The notes under the pieces are model-generated. The model did no database searches, was not told the origin of the DNA, and worked only from the letters and a program-made list of their open reading frames with translations. A DNA stretch of 64,000 nucleotides from positions 2,996-66,995 of the forward strand of contig JAQCEB010000003.1 in NCBI GenBank assembly GCA_027729925.1, written 5' to 3'. Source of the stretch: Actinomycetota bacterium (lineage in GTDB: Bacteria; Actinomycetota; Acidimicrobiia; Actinomarinales; Actinomarinaceae). Numbering within the stretch: the stretch's first letter is position 1; each line of letters starts with the position of its first letter. Positions 8,963 through 18,924 of the stretch are shown here, piece by piece. The translations under genes and the position numbers were made by a program.

Positions 8963-10891
8963 ATGGTAGAAGAACATAATCCACAATTTAATGATGTAGG
9001 AGAGCTTCAAAAAGTAGATTTTTTAGAGGGCGATGTCCATCTAGGATTTTATGATATACGTTTCAATCTTGACGACAATAAATTTTTTAATATTACAAAT
9101 GATGGTGTTGTAAAGGTTAGAGTACATACTGAACCTGGTATTGAAAAACTGTGGATTCTTTTTGAAGATCCAAACTTTAGACCAATTGAATTGTCTAAAT
9201 ATGCTAGAACAAAAAGATTTGATTATTGGCGAATACACATCAATGCTTTCCAAGATGATTTTAAATTTAGTTTTGCTGCAAAAACTGAAAGTAATTTAGG
9301 TATATATTTTGGTAAAAGTGGAATTGCTAATTTTATTTCTCCTTCAGAAAAATGGTATGTAAATAAGAAAGACATTATTAGACATTATGTACCTGACTGG
9401 ATATTTGGAGGAGTTATGTATCAAATATTTCCAGAAAGGTTTAATAATTCTAAAACTGAGCTGAATCCTGAAACAGTTGTGCAATGGGGTAGCGTATCTA
9501 AACGTTTAGAGTTTCAAGGTGGAGATTTGTATGGTGTTTTAGATAAGCTTGATTATTTACAAAAATTAGGTGTAAATATTTTATATTTAAACCCAATATT
9601 TTTGTCTAATAGTGTTCATAAGTACGATACTTGGGACCATTTTGAAGTAGATCCACATTTTGGTGGTAATGAAGCTTTAGAAAAATTAATCAACGAACTT
9701 CACAAAAGAGGAATGAAAATTATTTTGGATTGCTCCTTAAATCACGTTCACCCTAGAAACTTTGCCTTTCAAGATCTTATTAAAAACGGTGAAAAATCTG
9801 AATATAAAGATTGGTTTACCGTAAATAGTTATCCAGTTAGATTAATTTATAGACCTCACCTATATGCAAATACTTACAAAGTTGGATGGGATGGTAATCA
9901 ATATGAATACAAAGAATACTTAGTTAAAACTATAGAGGATACAAAATTACCTGTTGAAGAAATGTCTAATGATGGTCCAATAATAGAGCCAACTTATAAA
10001 GCATGGTGGGGTGTTCCTGATATGCCAAAAGTAAATATGAATTCTGAGGGAGCTATGAAATGGGCTCTAGAAGTTGCAGAGTTTTGGGTTAAAAAATTTG
10101 ATATAGATGGTTGGAGAATGGATGTTGCAAAAGAAATAACACCACATTTCTGGAAAGAATTTAGAAAAATAGTTAAAAATCAAAAGAAAGAAACAATTCT
10201 AATTTCTGAAATATTTGGAGATACAAGCCAATGGCTTCAAGGAGACATGTTTGACGGCACAATGAATTACTCTTTTAGAGAAATGATGACTGATTATTTC
10301 GCAATTGATCGTATGTCAACTAAGGAATTTAATGAATCTTTGGCACATTTATATTCTATGTATTCATTTGAAGCTATAAGTTCTTGTCAAAATTTGCTGA
10401 GTTCACATGATGTAAAAAGATTTTTAAATAGGTGCGATGATTGGAATGATGTAAAAGGTGCTATTTTTATGCAAGCTACTTTTCCAGGGATTGCTTCAAT
10501 ATATTACGGTGATGAAATTGGATTAAGTGGAGGTGATGATCCCAATAATAGAGAACCATTTCCTTGGCACGATGAATCATCATGGAATACTGAACTCTAC
10601 GATTACACATCTCAACTCATGAAGTTAAAAGCAAATAATTCTATTTTAAAATACGGAAATTTTGATCTAGTTAGCCACGAAAATGATTTAGTTATTTTTA
10701 AAAGAAAATTAAGAGGAGAGTCTCTAATTTGTATATTTAATAGATTTAAAACACTTGAAAATATTAAAATTCCTTCTACAGCACATAAAATTAGCCAAAT
10801 TTATGGAAATAATGTTGTAAATTTAGCTGCTAATCTCATAACAATTGACCAAATTGAAAAAAACACAGGTTTAATACTTTTAGAGCAGTAA
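8963..10891 (+). CDS. Cytoplasmic GH13 alpha-amylase-family hydrolase (neopullulanase / maltodextrin glucosidase-like)
   Basis: 642 aa with no signal peptide. GH13 conserved regions are visible: LDCSLNHV (I), DGWRMDVAKE (II), LISEIFG (III), LLSSHDV (IV). It has a roughly 150-aa N-terminal domain as in MalZ/neopullulanase-type enzymes. Confidence 0.85.
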   Translation: MVEEHNPQFNDVGELQKVDFLEGDVHLGFYDIRFNLDDNKFFNITNDGVVKVRVHTEPGIEKLWILFEDPNFRPIELSKYARTKRFDYWRIHINAFQDDFKFSFAAKTESNLGIYFGKSGIANFISPSEKWYVNKKDIIRHYVPDWIFGGVMYQIFPERFNNSKTELNPETVVQWGSVSKRLEFQGGDLYGVLDKLDYLQKLGVNILYLNPIFLSNSVHKYDTWDHFEVDPHFGGNEALEKLINELHKRGMKIILDCSLNHVHPRNFAFQDLIKNGEKSEYKDWFTVNSYPVRLIYRPHLYANTYKVGWDGNQYEYKEYLVKTIEDTKLPVEEMSNDGPIIEPTYKAWWGVPDMPKVNMNSEGAMKWALEVAEFWVKKFDIDGWRMDVAKEITPHFWKEFRKIVKNQKKETILISEIFGDTSQWLQGDMFDGTMNYSFREMMTDYFAIDRMSTKEFNESLAHLYSMYSFEAISSCQNLLSSHDVKRFLNRCDDWNDVKGAIFMQATFPGIASIYYGDEIGLSGGDDPNNREPFPWHDESSWNTELYDYTSQLMKLKANNSILKYGNFDLVSHENDLVIFKRKLRGESLICIFNRFKTLENIKIPSTAHKISQIYGNNVVNLAANLITIDQIEKNTGLILLEQ

Positions 10892-10965
10892 ATTTTTTGC
10901 CTAATTAATTAGTTATTATTCATATTTTAGTTAAAATTTTTTATAGCTCGTATTGAGTGAATATA

Positions 10966-10977
10966 CGTATATATACG
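10966..10977. promoter_or_regulatory. 12-nt perfect palindrome CGTATATATACG in the malE leader (possible operator)
   Basis: Seen directly, about 11 nt upstream of the malE start codon and just before its RBS. It is AT-rich, so a chance occurrence cannot be excluded. Confidence 0.3.
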
Positions 10978-10988
10978 AAAGGGAGTAT

Positions 10989-12293
10989 ATGAAAGCTAAT
11001 AAATTACGATTTATCGTATTTTTATTAATGTTTTCTTTAGTGGCCGTGGCTTGTGGAGGAGATACTGCAGAAGAAGCAGTAGACTCACCAGATACTACTG
11101 AAGCACCTAAAGAAACATTAGCTGCCCCTGCAACCACAGCACCACAACCAGAAGTAATCGTTGTGTGGGCTGAAGAAAAAGTTGCAAATGCTTTAAATCC
11201 TTTAGTTGCTGCTTATGAAGCTGCTGCTGGAGTTGATGTAGAAGTAGTTGTATATGATTTCGGTGCAATAAGAACAGACGTTCAAACTGCTGGTCCAGCA
11301 GGTGAAGGTCCAGATGTTTTCTTAGGAGCACATGACTGGGTTGGAGAATTAGCAGCAAACGGTGTAGTTTCACCACTTGATTTAGGTTCTGTAGCATCTG
11401 ATATATTTGATGTCGGAGTTACAGCTTTTAGTTATGGTGGAGAAGTCTATGGATTTCCTTATGCTACAGAAGCTATTGCTATGTATTACAATGCAGATTT
11501 AGTCGATTCAGTTCCAACAACATGGGAAGATGTAAAAGCTGCTTGTGATGCTGCAGGAACTGAACTTTGCGTTGGTGCACCAGGTGGTGGAGGAGGCGGA
11601 GACGCTTACCACAATCACCCATTTGTCGCATCAGCAGGAGGTTATGTATTTGCTTCTGAAGGCGGATTCGATGCATCGGACGTTGGTTTGGATAACGCTG
11701 GTGCTTTAGCTTCTGCTGAATACCTAGATGGACTTGTTAAAAATGGAACAGTTGCATCCACAGACTACGGTGGTTCTATGACTGCATTCCAAGAAGGTCG
11801 TTCATTATTCTGGATGACTGGTCCATGGGCAAGAGGAGATGCTAGCGCAGTTAATTACGGTGTCGGATTAATTCCTCAGTTTGATGGAAATGCCGCAACT
11901 CCATTTGTTGGTGTAAGAGGTGCAATGGTTTCATCATTTAGCGATAAGCAAGTTTTAGCACAAAGCTTTATTCTTGACTTTTTTGCAACTGTTGAAGTTC
12001 AACAAGCTATGTATGAATCCGATCCTAGACTACCTGCTACAAAGTCATTATTTGCAATAGTTGAAGCAGCTGATCCAGTTGCCGCAGTTTTTGCAGCTAG
12101 TGCTGCAAATGGTATTCCTATGCCAAATATTCCAGAAATGGGAAGTGTATGGGGACCATTCGGTGACGCTTTATTAATTATTAGGGACCAAAACTATGGT
12201 ACCAATGAAGAAACAGGCGTAACAGTTAGCAATGCATCTGAAGCTATGAAATTAGCAGCAGAACAAATTCGAAATGCAATTGCTGGCGGTTAA
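10989..12293 (+). CDS. malE: Maltose/maltodextrin ABC transporter substrate-binding lipoprotein
   Basis: ATG at 10989 preceded by AAAGGGAG. Signal peptide plus lipobox (SLVAVAC-GG). Family-1 SBP resembling MalE, followed by malF/malG. The longest ORF starts at 10953, which is less likely. Confidence 0.85.
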   Translation: MKANKLRFIVFLLMFSLVAVACGGDTAEEAVDSPDTTEAPKETLAAPATTAPQPEVIVVWAEEKVANALNPLVAAYEAAAGVDVEVVVYDFGAIRTDVQTAGPAGEGPDVFLGAHDWVGELAANGVVSPLDLGSVASDIFDVGVTAFSYGGEVYGFPYATEAIAMYYNADLVDSVPTTWEDVKAACDAAGTELCVGAPGGGGGGDAYHNHPFVASAGGYVFASEGGFDASDVGLDNAGALASAEYLDGLVKNGTVASTDYGGSMTAFQEGRSLFWMTGPWARGDASAVNYGVGLIPQFDGNAATPFVGVRGAMVSSFSDKQVLAQSFILDFFATVEVQQAMYESDPRLPATKSLFAIVEAADPVAAVFAASAANGIPMPNIPEMGSVWGPFGDALLIIRDQNYGTNEETGVTVSNASEAMKLAAEQIRNAIAGG

Positions 12294-12315
12294 TTTTTAA
12301 TTAAGCAATATTAAA

Positions 12316-12344
12316 TTGGGGCTCTGTTGAGCCCCAATTTTTTT
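12316..12344 (+). terminator. Rho-independent terminator/attenuator between malE and malF
   Basis: TTGGGGCTC-TGTT-GAGCCCCAA hairpin (9-bp GC-rich stem) followed by a run of 7 T. It is the only strong GC hairpin + T-tract I saw in the window. Confidence 0.75.
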
Positions 12345-12345
12345 A

Positions 12346-13947
12346 ATGATATATTTAAGTATGACACTCTCAAAAATATTAAAATATCTTTTTTTAGCTG
12401 TAGTCAATTCATTGATTGTTTATGTTGTTCCACTAGCTTTAACTTTTGAATCTTGGTTCTTCTTATCATTAATTTTATTAATTGGTTTTTTAATAAATTT
12501 TGTTTATTTTACTGATAGATTCCAACCTATGAAGTGGATACTTCCAGGTATGATATTTATGCTATCTTTTGTAGTATTTCCTGCCGTATACAATACTTAC
12601 GTTTCATTTACCAATTGGTCAACAGGGCATATACTTACCAAGACTCAGGCAATTGGAATTTTGGAGGATAGAGTTTTTACAGCTGATGATCAAAAAGGAC
12701 TTGAATTTGAATTATATATTTTACAAGATATAGATTTAAACTTCTATTATGTAGCAAATTTAGACTCTGAAAATATATTATTTGGAAGAGCTGTTACAGA
12801 TGATGAGATTTTTACTTCAGCTTATGCCACCCACGAACCTTCATTTTTTACTAATGATGAGTTTTCCACGCCAGATGGCTATTATCAACTTTCAGGAAAA
12901 GAACAAATAGCTAATTCAACGATCTTACAAGAACTCTCACTTATAATTGACAAAAATACAAGAGCACAATTATATAAAATTTCTGTTTTTGGAGCCTCTA
13001 CAGGTCGTTTAACCTCCACTTCTCAACTCTACTCGTATGATGAAGTGAGTGATACTTTATTTAATAATTCAACTAATACAGTATGTCCAGTAGTTATAGA
13101 TAATTTTGAATGTGAAGGAAAAGAGATAGAACCAGGTTGGAGGGTTTATGTAGGTGGTGATAATTACAGCAAACTTTTTTCTAATCAGAGGATTAGGGGG
13201 CCTTTAGGTGTTGTGTCAAAGTGGACATTTCAATTTGCATTATTATCTGTCATGTTTTCATTTGCAGTTGGCCTTCTTTTAAGCATGATATTAAATAAGG
13301 ATGGTTTAAAATTTCAAAAAATCTATCGAGCTGTCTTTATACTTCCTTACGCAATACCAGCTTTTGTATCAGCGCTTGTTTGGAAAGGATTATTAAATCC
13401 TGATTACGGTGTTATTAACTCATGGCTTGGTCCTTTATATGAAATATTAGATGTAGAACCTATAAAATGGCTCAAGACTAAAGAAAGTGCCAGATCAGCT
13501 ATTCTTTTAGTTAATACATGGCTTGGTTTTCCATATATGTTTTTAATCACTACAGGAGCATTACAATCCATTCCAAAAGAACTTATAGAAGCTGCAAAGG
13601 TTGATGGTGCAACTGGGATTCAGTCATTTTGGAGGATAACTTTTCCTTTGCTGATGGTCTCTATATCTCCATTACTAATTGGTTCATTTGCATTCAATTT
13701 CAATAACTTTACTTTAATATTTCTTCTTTCTGGAGGAGGGCCACCAATTATTGGAAGTGAGGTATCTGTTGGATGGACAGATATTTTGATTTCCTTTACT
13801 TATAAGCTGGCAATTTCCGGAGGTAGAGGAAACCTATTTGGGCTTGCATCAAGTGTTACAATAATTATTTTTGCACTCGTTCTTTTAATTTCAGCTATTT
13901 CATTTAGATATACAAAACGATTGGAAAGAATATATGGAAACATTTAG
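12346..13947 (+). CDS. malF: Maltose/maltodextrin ABC transporter permease MalF
   Basis: 533 aa with a large extracytoplasmic loop after the third TM, as in MalF. EAA-loop region IEAAKVDGATGIQSFWRITFP. An alternative ATG lies at 12361. Confidence 0.85.
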   Translation: MIYLSMTLSKILKYLFLAVVNSLIVYVVPLALTFESWFFLSLILLIGFLINFVYFTDRFQPMKWILPGMIFMLSFVVFPAVYNTYVSFTNWSTGHILTKTQAIGILEDRVFTADDQKGLEFELYILQDIDLNFYYVANLDSENILFGRAVTDDEIFTSAYATHEPSFFTNDEFSTPDGYYQLSGKEQIANSTILQELSLIIDKNTRAQLYKISVFGASTGRLTSTSQLYSYDEVSDTLFNNSTNTVCPVVIDNFECEGKEIEPGWRVYVGGDNYSKLFSNQRIRGPLGVVSKWTFQFALLSVMFSFAVGLLLSMILNKDGLKFQKIYRAVFILPYAIPAFVSALVWKGLLNPDYGVINSWLGPLYEILDVEPIKWLKTKESARSAILLVNTWLGFPYMFLITTGALQSIPKELIEAAKVDGATGIQSFWRITFPLLMVSISPLLIGSFAFNFNNFTLIFLLSGGGPPIIGSEVSVGWTDILISFTYKLAISGGRGNLFGLASSVTIIIFALVLLISAISFRYTKRLERIYGNI

Positions 13948-14800
13948 ATTTTTTAATTGGATTAAAGAATACGGTTGGAGGCATTTAATAGCATTAATAT
14001 TTGTAACATTTGCTGTTTATCCAATTTTGTTTGTTGCAACAAATTCAATTGCAGATTTTGCAAACTTAACTAATTCTAAATTAATTCCAGAAGGACTAAC
14101 CTTAAAACATTACAAATTGCTTTCTTCAAATCCATTAGTTCCATACTTCAAGTGGCTTTTCAATACATATAAAGTTGCTTTAATCGCCGCATTCTTTAAT
14201 GTTTTCCTTGGATCTCTAGCAGCATATGCGTTTTCTAGACTCCAGTTCAAGGGTCGAAGAGCAAGCTTATTAACCTTAGTAATTGTTCAAATGTTTCCAT
14301 CTTTTTTAGCATTTGTTGCAATATATCTATTATTTTTTCAAATCAGTGACATTGCTCCATTTATGGGGCTTGGTACACATTTTGGATTAATTCTTGTTTA
14401 TCTTGGAGGCTCAATAGGATTTAATTCCTGGTTGATCAAGGGTTTTATGGATACCATATCACCTTCTCTAGACGAAGCTGCAAAAGTAGATGGTGCGACT
14501 GATTTCCAAATATTCAGGAAAATAATAGCACCACTTTCTAGACCAATTTTAGTTGTAATTTTTGTTATTACATTTATAGGTATTTATTCCGACTTTATTC
14601 TTGCTGCCATATTCTTAAAAGATAAAAATCTATGGACAGTTGCAGTTGGAATTAATACAGTTTTTATAGACGATTTCAATGCAGACTGGGGAGTAATAGC
14701 TGCATCATCAGTTATAGCAGCAACACCGATTGCTGTTCTATTTATCTTTTTTCAGAAGCAAATTACAGGTGGATTAACTGCAGGATCAGTAAAGGGATAA
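13934..14800 (+). CDS. malG: Maltose/maltodextrin ABC transporter permease MalG
   Basis: 288 aa, 6 TM, EAA loop DEAAKVDGATDFQIFRKIIAPL. 14-nt overlap with malF. Confidence 0.88.
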   Translation: METFRFFNWIKEYGWRHLIALIFVTFAVYPILFVATNSIADFANLTNSKLIPEGLTLKHYKLLSSNPLVPYFKWLFNTYKVALIAAFFNVFLGSLAAYAFSRLQFKGRRASLLTLVIVQMFPSFLAFVAIYLLFFQISDIAPFMGLGTHFGLILVYLGGSIGFNSWLIKGFMDTISPSLDEAAKVDGATDFQIFRKIIAPLSRPILVVIFVITFIGIYSDFILAAIFLKDKNLWTVAVGINTVFIDDFNADWGVIAASSVIAATPIAVLFIFFQKQITGGLTAGSVKG

Positions 14801-14857
14801 TTCCTATTATTTAATAGCTCATTATGCTTTAATTAATTAAACTTATAATTAGATTCA

Positions 14858-16795
14858 TTGGAGGATATTTTGTCTAAGTTACACGATTATTTGAAATCAC
14901 AAGAAAATTTAATTACAGCTTCGGTAGAAGGAAAAACACTTTTAGATTTTATTGATAGAAATGCAGAAGAGTACCCCGACTATCCTGCATTAAATACTCC
15001 AGCGAATAGAGAATACTCAGCGTGGGATTCAATGTCTTGGTCTGAATATCGTGAAGCCGCAAAAAATTTAGCTAGTGGGTTAATAGATCTAGGCTTAGAA
15101 CCTGAAGACACAGCATTTATAATGTCAAACAATACGAAAGAGCATAATATTTCAGACTTAGCAATTGTTTATTCCGGTGCTGTCCCGTCCACACTTTATA
15201 AACAATTGAAATATTCACAAATTGAATATGTAGCTAATCTAATGGAAGCTAAAATCGCGATAGTAGGCGATAAAGAGTTATTCGAGGAAGTAAATAAAGC
15301 AAAAAAAGATTGTCCAAAATTAAAAGCTATTGTTCTAATAAATGATTACGAAAATTATAAAGATCTGGATTACGTTCATAGCTATCACGAATTAATTAAC
15401 AAAGGTTCTGAAATAAATTCAAATGATTCTTCAAAACTAGACCATGCAATTTCTACAATTACACCTGATACACTTGCATGCTTAATTTTTACTTCAGGTA
15501 CAACAGGTAAACCAAAAGGAGTAATGATTTCACATAAGAACGTACTATGGACAATTGAAAGTCTTTTTGGTCAAATGATACCAGCTAAAAAATTTCCAAG
15601 AATTGTTTCTTACTTACCAATGGCTCATATTGCTGCAAGGGCAGGAGATCATTATCAGGCAATATATCGAGTTGGTCAAATTTTTCCTGTTCCCGTATTA
15701 GAAGATATGAAAAATGCTTTACCAACAATTAAGCCATCTGTATTTTTAGCTGTACCAAGAGTATGGGAAAAATTTAAAGCTGGATTGCAAGTAAGAATTG
15801 ATGAAAATCCAAAAAAAGATCTTATAGACAAAGCTATTAAAAATGGTCTTGAAAAAGTCGAATTAGAGCAAGCTGGAAAAAAAGTTCCATTTGGAATTGC
15901 CTTAAAACATAAAGTATTTTCTAAATTGGTGTTTTCAAAATTCAAAGATGGTCTAGGGATATCAGATACTGAATACTTTGTAACTGCTGCTGCACCTATG
16001 AATCAAGAAGTACATAAATGGTTTCATGCAATAGATATTGATGTTACTGAAATATATGGAATGACCGAAGATACAGGTCCAGCAACAATAGGTGTACCAG
16101 GTAATGCGGCTGGGCTTTTTTCAAAAAAATTAAACTCTGAAGGTTTAACTATACCAAAGATTCTAAATCCAATTGGTAAAGTCGGAATCCCAATACCTGG
16201 AACTGAAGTTAAAGTCCTTGAAGATGGTGAACTTTGTATTAAAGGTAACCATGTTGCTCAAGGATATTATAAATCTGAAGATCAAACACAAGAAACTTTT
16301 GATAATGAAGGTTGGCTACATACTGGAGATCTAGCAGAGATTGACGATGAGGGTTATGTCAAGATTATTGGTAGAAAAAAAGAAATCTTAATTACATCAG
16401 CGGGTAAAAATATTGCTCCAGTTGAATTAGAAGATTTAATTAAACCGCATCAATTAATTGGTCAAATTTGTGTAGTAGGCGATGGTAAGAAATATTTGAC
16501 TGCATTAATTGTTTTAGATGGAGATGGAGGAGCGCAAGCTTGGGCTTCTGAAAATGGTGTTGAATATTCAATTAAAGATATGTCTAAAAACTCAAAAGTG
16601 ATTGAAGCGATACAGAGTCAAGTTGATGAAGCAAACTCAAAAGTTGCCCAAGTCCAACAAATCAAAAAATTTATTATTTTAGAAAAAGAGTGGACAGATT
16701 CAAGCGGTGAATTAACTCCAACTATGAAATTAAAGAGAAATGTAATTGCTGAAATTTATCATGAGCAAATTGAATCTATGTATGAAGGGGATTAA
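14858..16795 (+). CDS. fadD: Long-chain acyl-CoA synthetase (AMP-forming)
   Basis: 645 aa. AMP-binding motifs FTSGTTGKPKGVMISH and GWLHTGDLAEIDDEGYVKIIGRKKE. The start is TTG at 14858 or TTG at 14870 (GGAGGA RBS just upstream). Confidence 0.85.
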   Translation: MEDILSKLHDYLKSQENLITASVEGKTLLDFIDRNAEEYPDYPALNTPANREYSAWDSMSWSEYREAAKNLASGLIDLGLEPEDTAFIMSNNTKEHNISDLAIVYSGAVPSTLYKQLKYSQIEYVANLMEAKIAIVGDKELFEEVNKAKKDCPKLKAIVLINDYENYKDLDYVHSYHELINKGSEINSNDSSKLDHAISTITPDTLACLIFTSGTTGKPKGVMISHKNVLWTIESLFGQMIPAKKFPRIVSYLPMAHIAARAGDHYQAIYRVGQIFPVPVLEDMKNALPTIKPSVFLAVPRVWEKFKAGLQVRIDENPKKDLIDKAIKNGLEKVELEQAGKKVPFGIALKHKVFSKLVFSKFKDGLGISDTEYFVTAAAPMNQEVHKWFHAIDIDVTEIYGMTEDTGPATIGVPGNAAGLFSKKLNSEGLTIPKILNPIGKVGIPIPGTEVKVLEDGELCIKGNHVAQGYYKSEDQTQETFDNEGWLHTGDLAEIDDEGYVKIIGRKKEILITSAGKNIAPVELEDLIKPHQLIGQICVVGDGKKYLTALIVLDGDGGAQAWASENGVEYSIKDMSKNSKVIEAIQSQVDEANSKVAQVQQIKKFIILEKEWTDSSGELTPTMKLKRNVIAEIYHEQIESMYEGD

Positions 16796-16797
16796 AT

Positions 16798-17706
16798 ATG
16801 GGAAATGTAAATTTCGAAGGTAAAACAGTAATAGTTACTGGTGCGGGTAATGGCTTAGGTAGATCATACGCACTTGAGTTTGCCGCTAGAGGAGCAAATG
16901 TAGTTGTTAATGATTTAGGTGGTTCGGTTGATGGATCAGGAGGTGCAAATGCTCCTGCTGATTTAGTAGTAGAAGAAATTAAAAAAAATGGTGGGGAAGC
17001 AGTAGCAAACTATAGTTCTGTTGCATCAAAAGAAGGTGGTGAATCTATAGTTACAACAGCTCTTGAAACTTATGGAGATTTACATGCAGTTGTTAATAAT
17101 GCAGGTATTTTAAGAGATAGAAGTTTTTCAAAAATGTCAGAAGAAGATTTCTCACTTGTATTAGATGTTCATCTAAAAGGAACTTTCTACGTATGTCAAC
17201 CTGCTTTTAATCACATGAAAGAAAAAGGCTATGGGAGGTTTGTAAATGTTGCTTCTCCATCTGGTCTTTTTGGAAACTTTGGTCAATTGAATTATGGTGC
17301 AGCGAAGATGGGGATTGTTGGCTTGACTAATGTTATGGCAATCGAAGGAGCTAAATACAATATTAAAGCTAATGTTTTAGCTCCCAACGCAACAACAAGA
17401 ATGACTGAAGAACTTTTTGGTGAAGACTTTGCAAAAATGTTCAGTGTTGATAATGTAACACCTTTAGTTGTATATTTAGCTTCAGAAGAGTGTCAAACTT
17501 CTCATGAAATATTTTCTTGTGGTGCAGGCAGATTTGCTCGGGTAGGAATATCAACTCACGTTGGGTATTTTAACCCAAAAGCCGATGCAGATGATATTAG
17601 CAAAAATTTTGAAAAAATTAGAAAGATTAATGAACCAATTTACCCAGGTAGTATTTTAGATGAAATGCCATTATTTAATGAAGCAATGCAAAAAGGAGAT
17701 ATTTAA
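16798..17706 (+). CDS. SDR-family dehydrogenase, MFE-2-type 3-hydroxyacyl-CoA dehydrogenase-like
   Basis: 302 aa. TGAGNGLGR Rossmann motif, NNAG, and the catalytic Y-x3-K (YGAAK). Confidence 0.75.
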   Translation: MGNVNFEGKTVIVTGAGNGLGRSYALEFAARGANVVVNDLGGSVDGSGGANAPADLVVEEIKKNGGEAVANYSSVASKEGGESIVTTALETYGDLHAVVNNAGILRDRSFSKMSEEDFSLVLDVHLKGTFYVCQPAFNHMKEKGYGRFVNVASPSGLFGNFGQLNYGAAKMGIVGLTNVMAIEGAKYNIKANVLAPNATTRMTEELFGEDFAKMFSVDNVTPLVVYLASEECQTSHEIFSCGAGRFARVGISTHVGYFNPKADADDISKNFEKIRKINEPIYPGSILDEMPLFNEAMQKGDI

Positions 17707-18924
17707 TTGGTTTCAACGCTAACTGATAAATCTAATCCTGAGTTGCTTGTTAAAGAAAAGTTAACTGAATTAATTGAATTTAGAAAAAACTCTCAAACTT
17801 TACAAGAATTTTGGGGAAAGCAATTTGACTTAGGATTAGCATGGGTTCAATTTCCTGAAGGAGCTGGAGGATTAGGTTTAAATCCAAAATATCAACTGTT
17901 CATAAGTGAGACGCTAAGAAAAGAAGGAATCTCTCAACAAAATCGAGTTGCAAACATATTAGGTATTGGTATGGGAGCTCCAACTATTGTTGAATTTGGA
18001 ACTGAAGAACAAATAGCTAAATATTTAAGACCAATGTTCACTACTGAAGAAATTTGGTGTCAATTGTTTTCCGAACCAGGTTCTGGATCAGATTTAGCAA
18101 GTTTGTCAACAAAAGCGGTTGATGACGGAGATGGTTATATTGTCAATGGACAAAAAGTGTGGACAACTTTAGGTCACTTAGCAAAATGGGGTCTAATTGT
18201 TACTAGAACAGATCCAAATGTTCCAAAACATAGGGGATTAACATTTTTTATTGTTGATATGGAATCTGACGGAGTTGATGTACGCCCATTAAGACAAATA
18301 ACTGGAGAAGCAGAGTTTAATGAAGTTTATTTTACAGATGTTAAAATTCCAAAACAAAATATGTTAGGAAGCTTAGGCGATGGCTGGAGGGTTTCTTTGG
18401 CAATTTTAATGAATGAGAGAGTAGCAATTGGCGGTAATGTTAGGGAACGAGGAAGCGGAGCCCCAGGTCACTTAGTTCAATTATGGAAAGATTTAAAACT
18501 TTCCGATCCAGTTACTAAAGATAAGCTTGTAAGTTTGTGGATAGAACAAGAAGCAGTTCGATTGACCAATATACGTGCTACGGAATTAAGGGAGAAGGGA
18601 ATACCAGGACCAGAGGGTTCGACAAGTAAACTTTATGAAGCTGAAATTAACAAAGCATCTTATGAGTTTGGAATGGAAATGTTAGGTAATGACGGGCTAC
18701 TCTTTCCAAGAGGATATGAACTAACACAACCAGAGTTAAATTTTGAAAATGAAACATTTGGATTTACAGATACACAAAGTTTATTTTTAAGATCAAGAGC
18801 TAACTCAATTGAAGGTGGGACTTCAGAAATAATGAGAAATATTATTGCTGAAAGAGTACTTGGTTTACCAAGCGAACCTAAATCAGATAAAGATAAAGCT
18901 TGGAAAGATATTCCTAGATCTTAA
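17707..18924 (+). CDS. Acyl-CoA dehydrogenase
   Basis: 405 aa. The TTG start lies directly after the SDR stop. ACAD motifs WCQLFSEPGSGSDLAS and GGTSEIMRNIIAERVLGLP. Confidence 0.85.
   Translation: MVSTLTDKSNPELLVKEKLTELIEFRKNSQTLQEFWGKQFDLGLAWVQFPEGAGGLGLNPKYQLFISETLRKEGISQQNRVANILGIGMGAPTIVEFGTEEQIAKYLRPMFTTEEIWCQLFSEPGSGSDLASLSTKAVDDGDGYIVNGQKVWTTLGHLAKWGLIVTRTDPNVPKHRGLTFFIVDMESDGVDVRPLRQITGEAEFNEVYFTDVKIPKQNMLGSLGDGWRVSLAILMNERVAIGGNVRERGSGAPGHLVQLWKDLKLSDPVTKDKLVSLWIEQEAVRLTNIRATELREKGIPGPEGSTSKLYEAEINKASYEFGMEMLGNDGLLFPRGYELTQPELNFENETFGFTDTQSLFLRSRANSIEGGTSEIMRNIIAERVLGLPSEPKSDKDKAWKDIPRS

Noticed and set aside
10953-10988. Longer malE start (MSEYTYIYEREY...) given by the ORF track
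   Set aside because: The ATG at 10989 has a good AAAGGGAG RBS and gives a normal lipoprotein signal peptide. The extension would put 12 charged or aromatic residues in front of the signal peptide.
11583-11600. Gly6 tract (GGTGGTGGAGGAGGCGGA) in malE as a possible slippage or phase-variation site
   Set aside because: The codons are mixed rather than a homopolymer or perfect short tandem repeat, so slipped-strand mispairing is unlikely. It is probably just a flexible loop.
11107-11676. Two Leu/Gln/His-rich minus-strand ORFs (96 and 65 aa) inside malE
   Set aside because: They are an artefact of reading the antisense of a GCN/GAN/GTN-rich gene. The sequence is repetitive L/Q/H with no start context. 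The sense-strand MalE is unambiguous.
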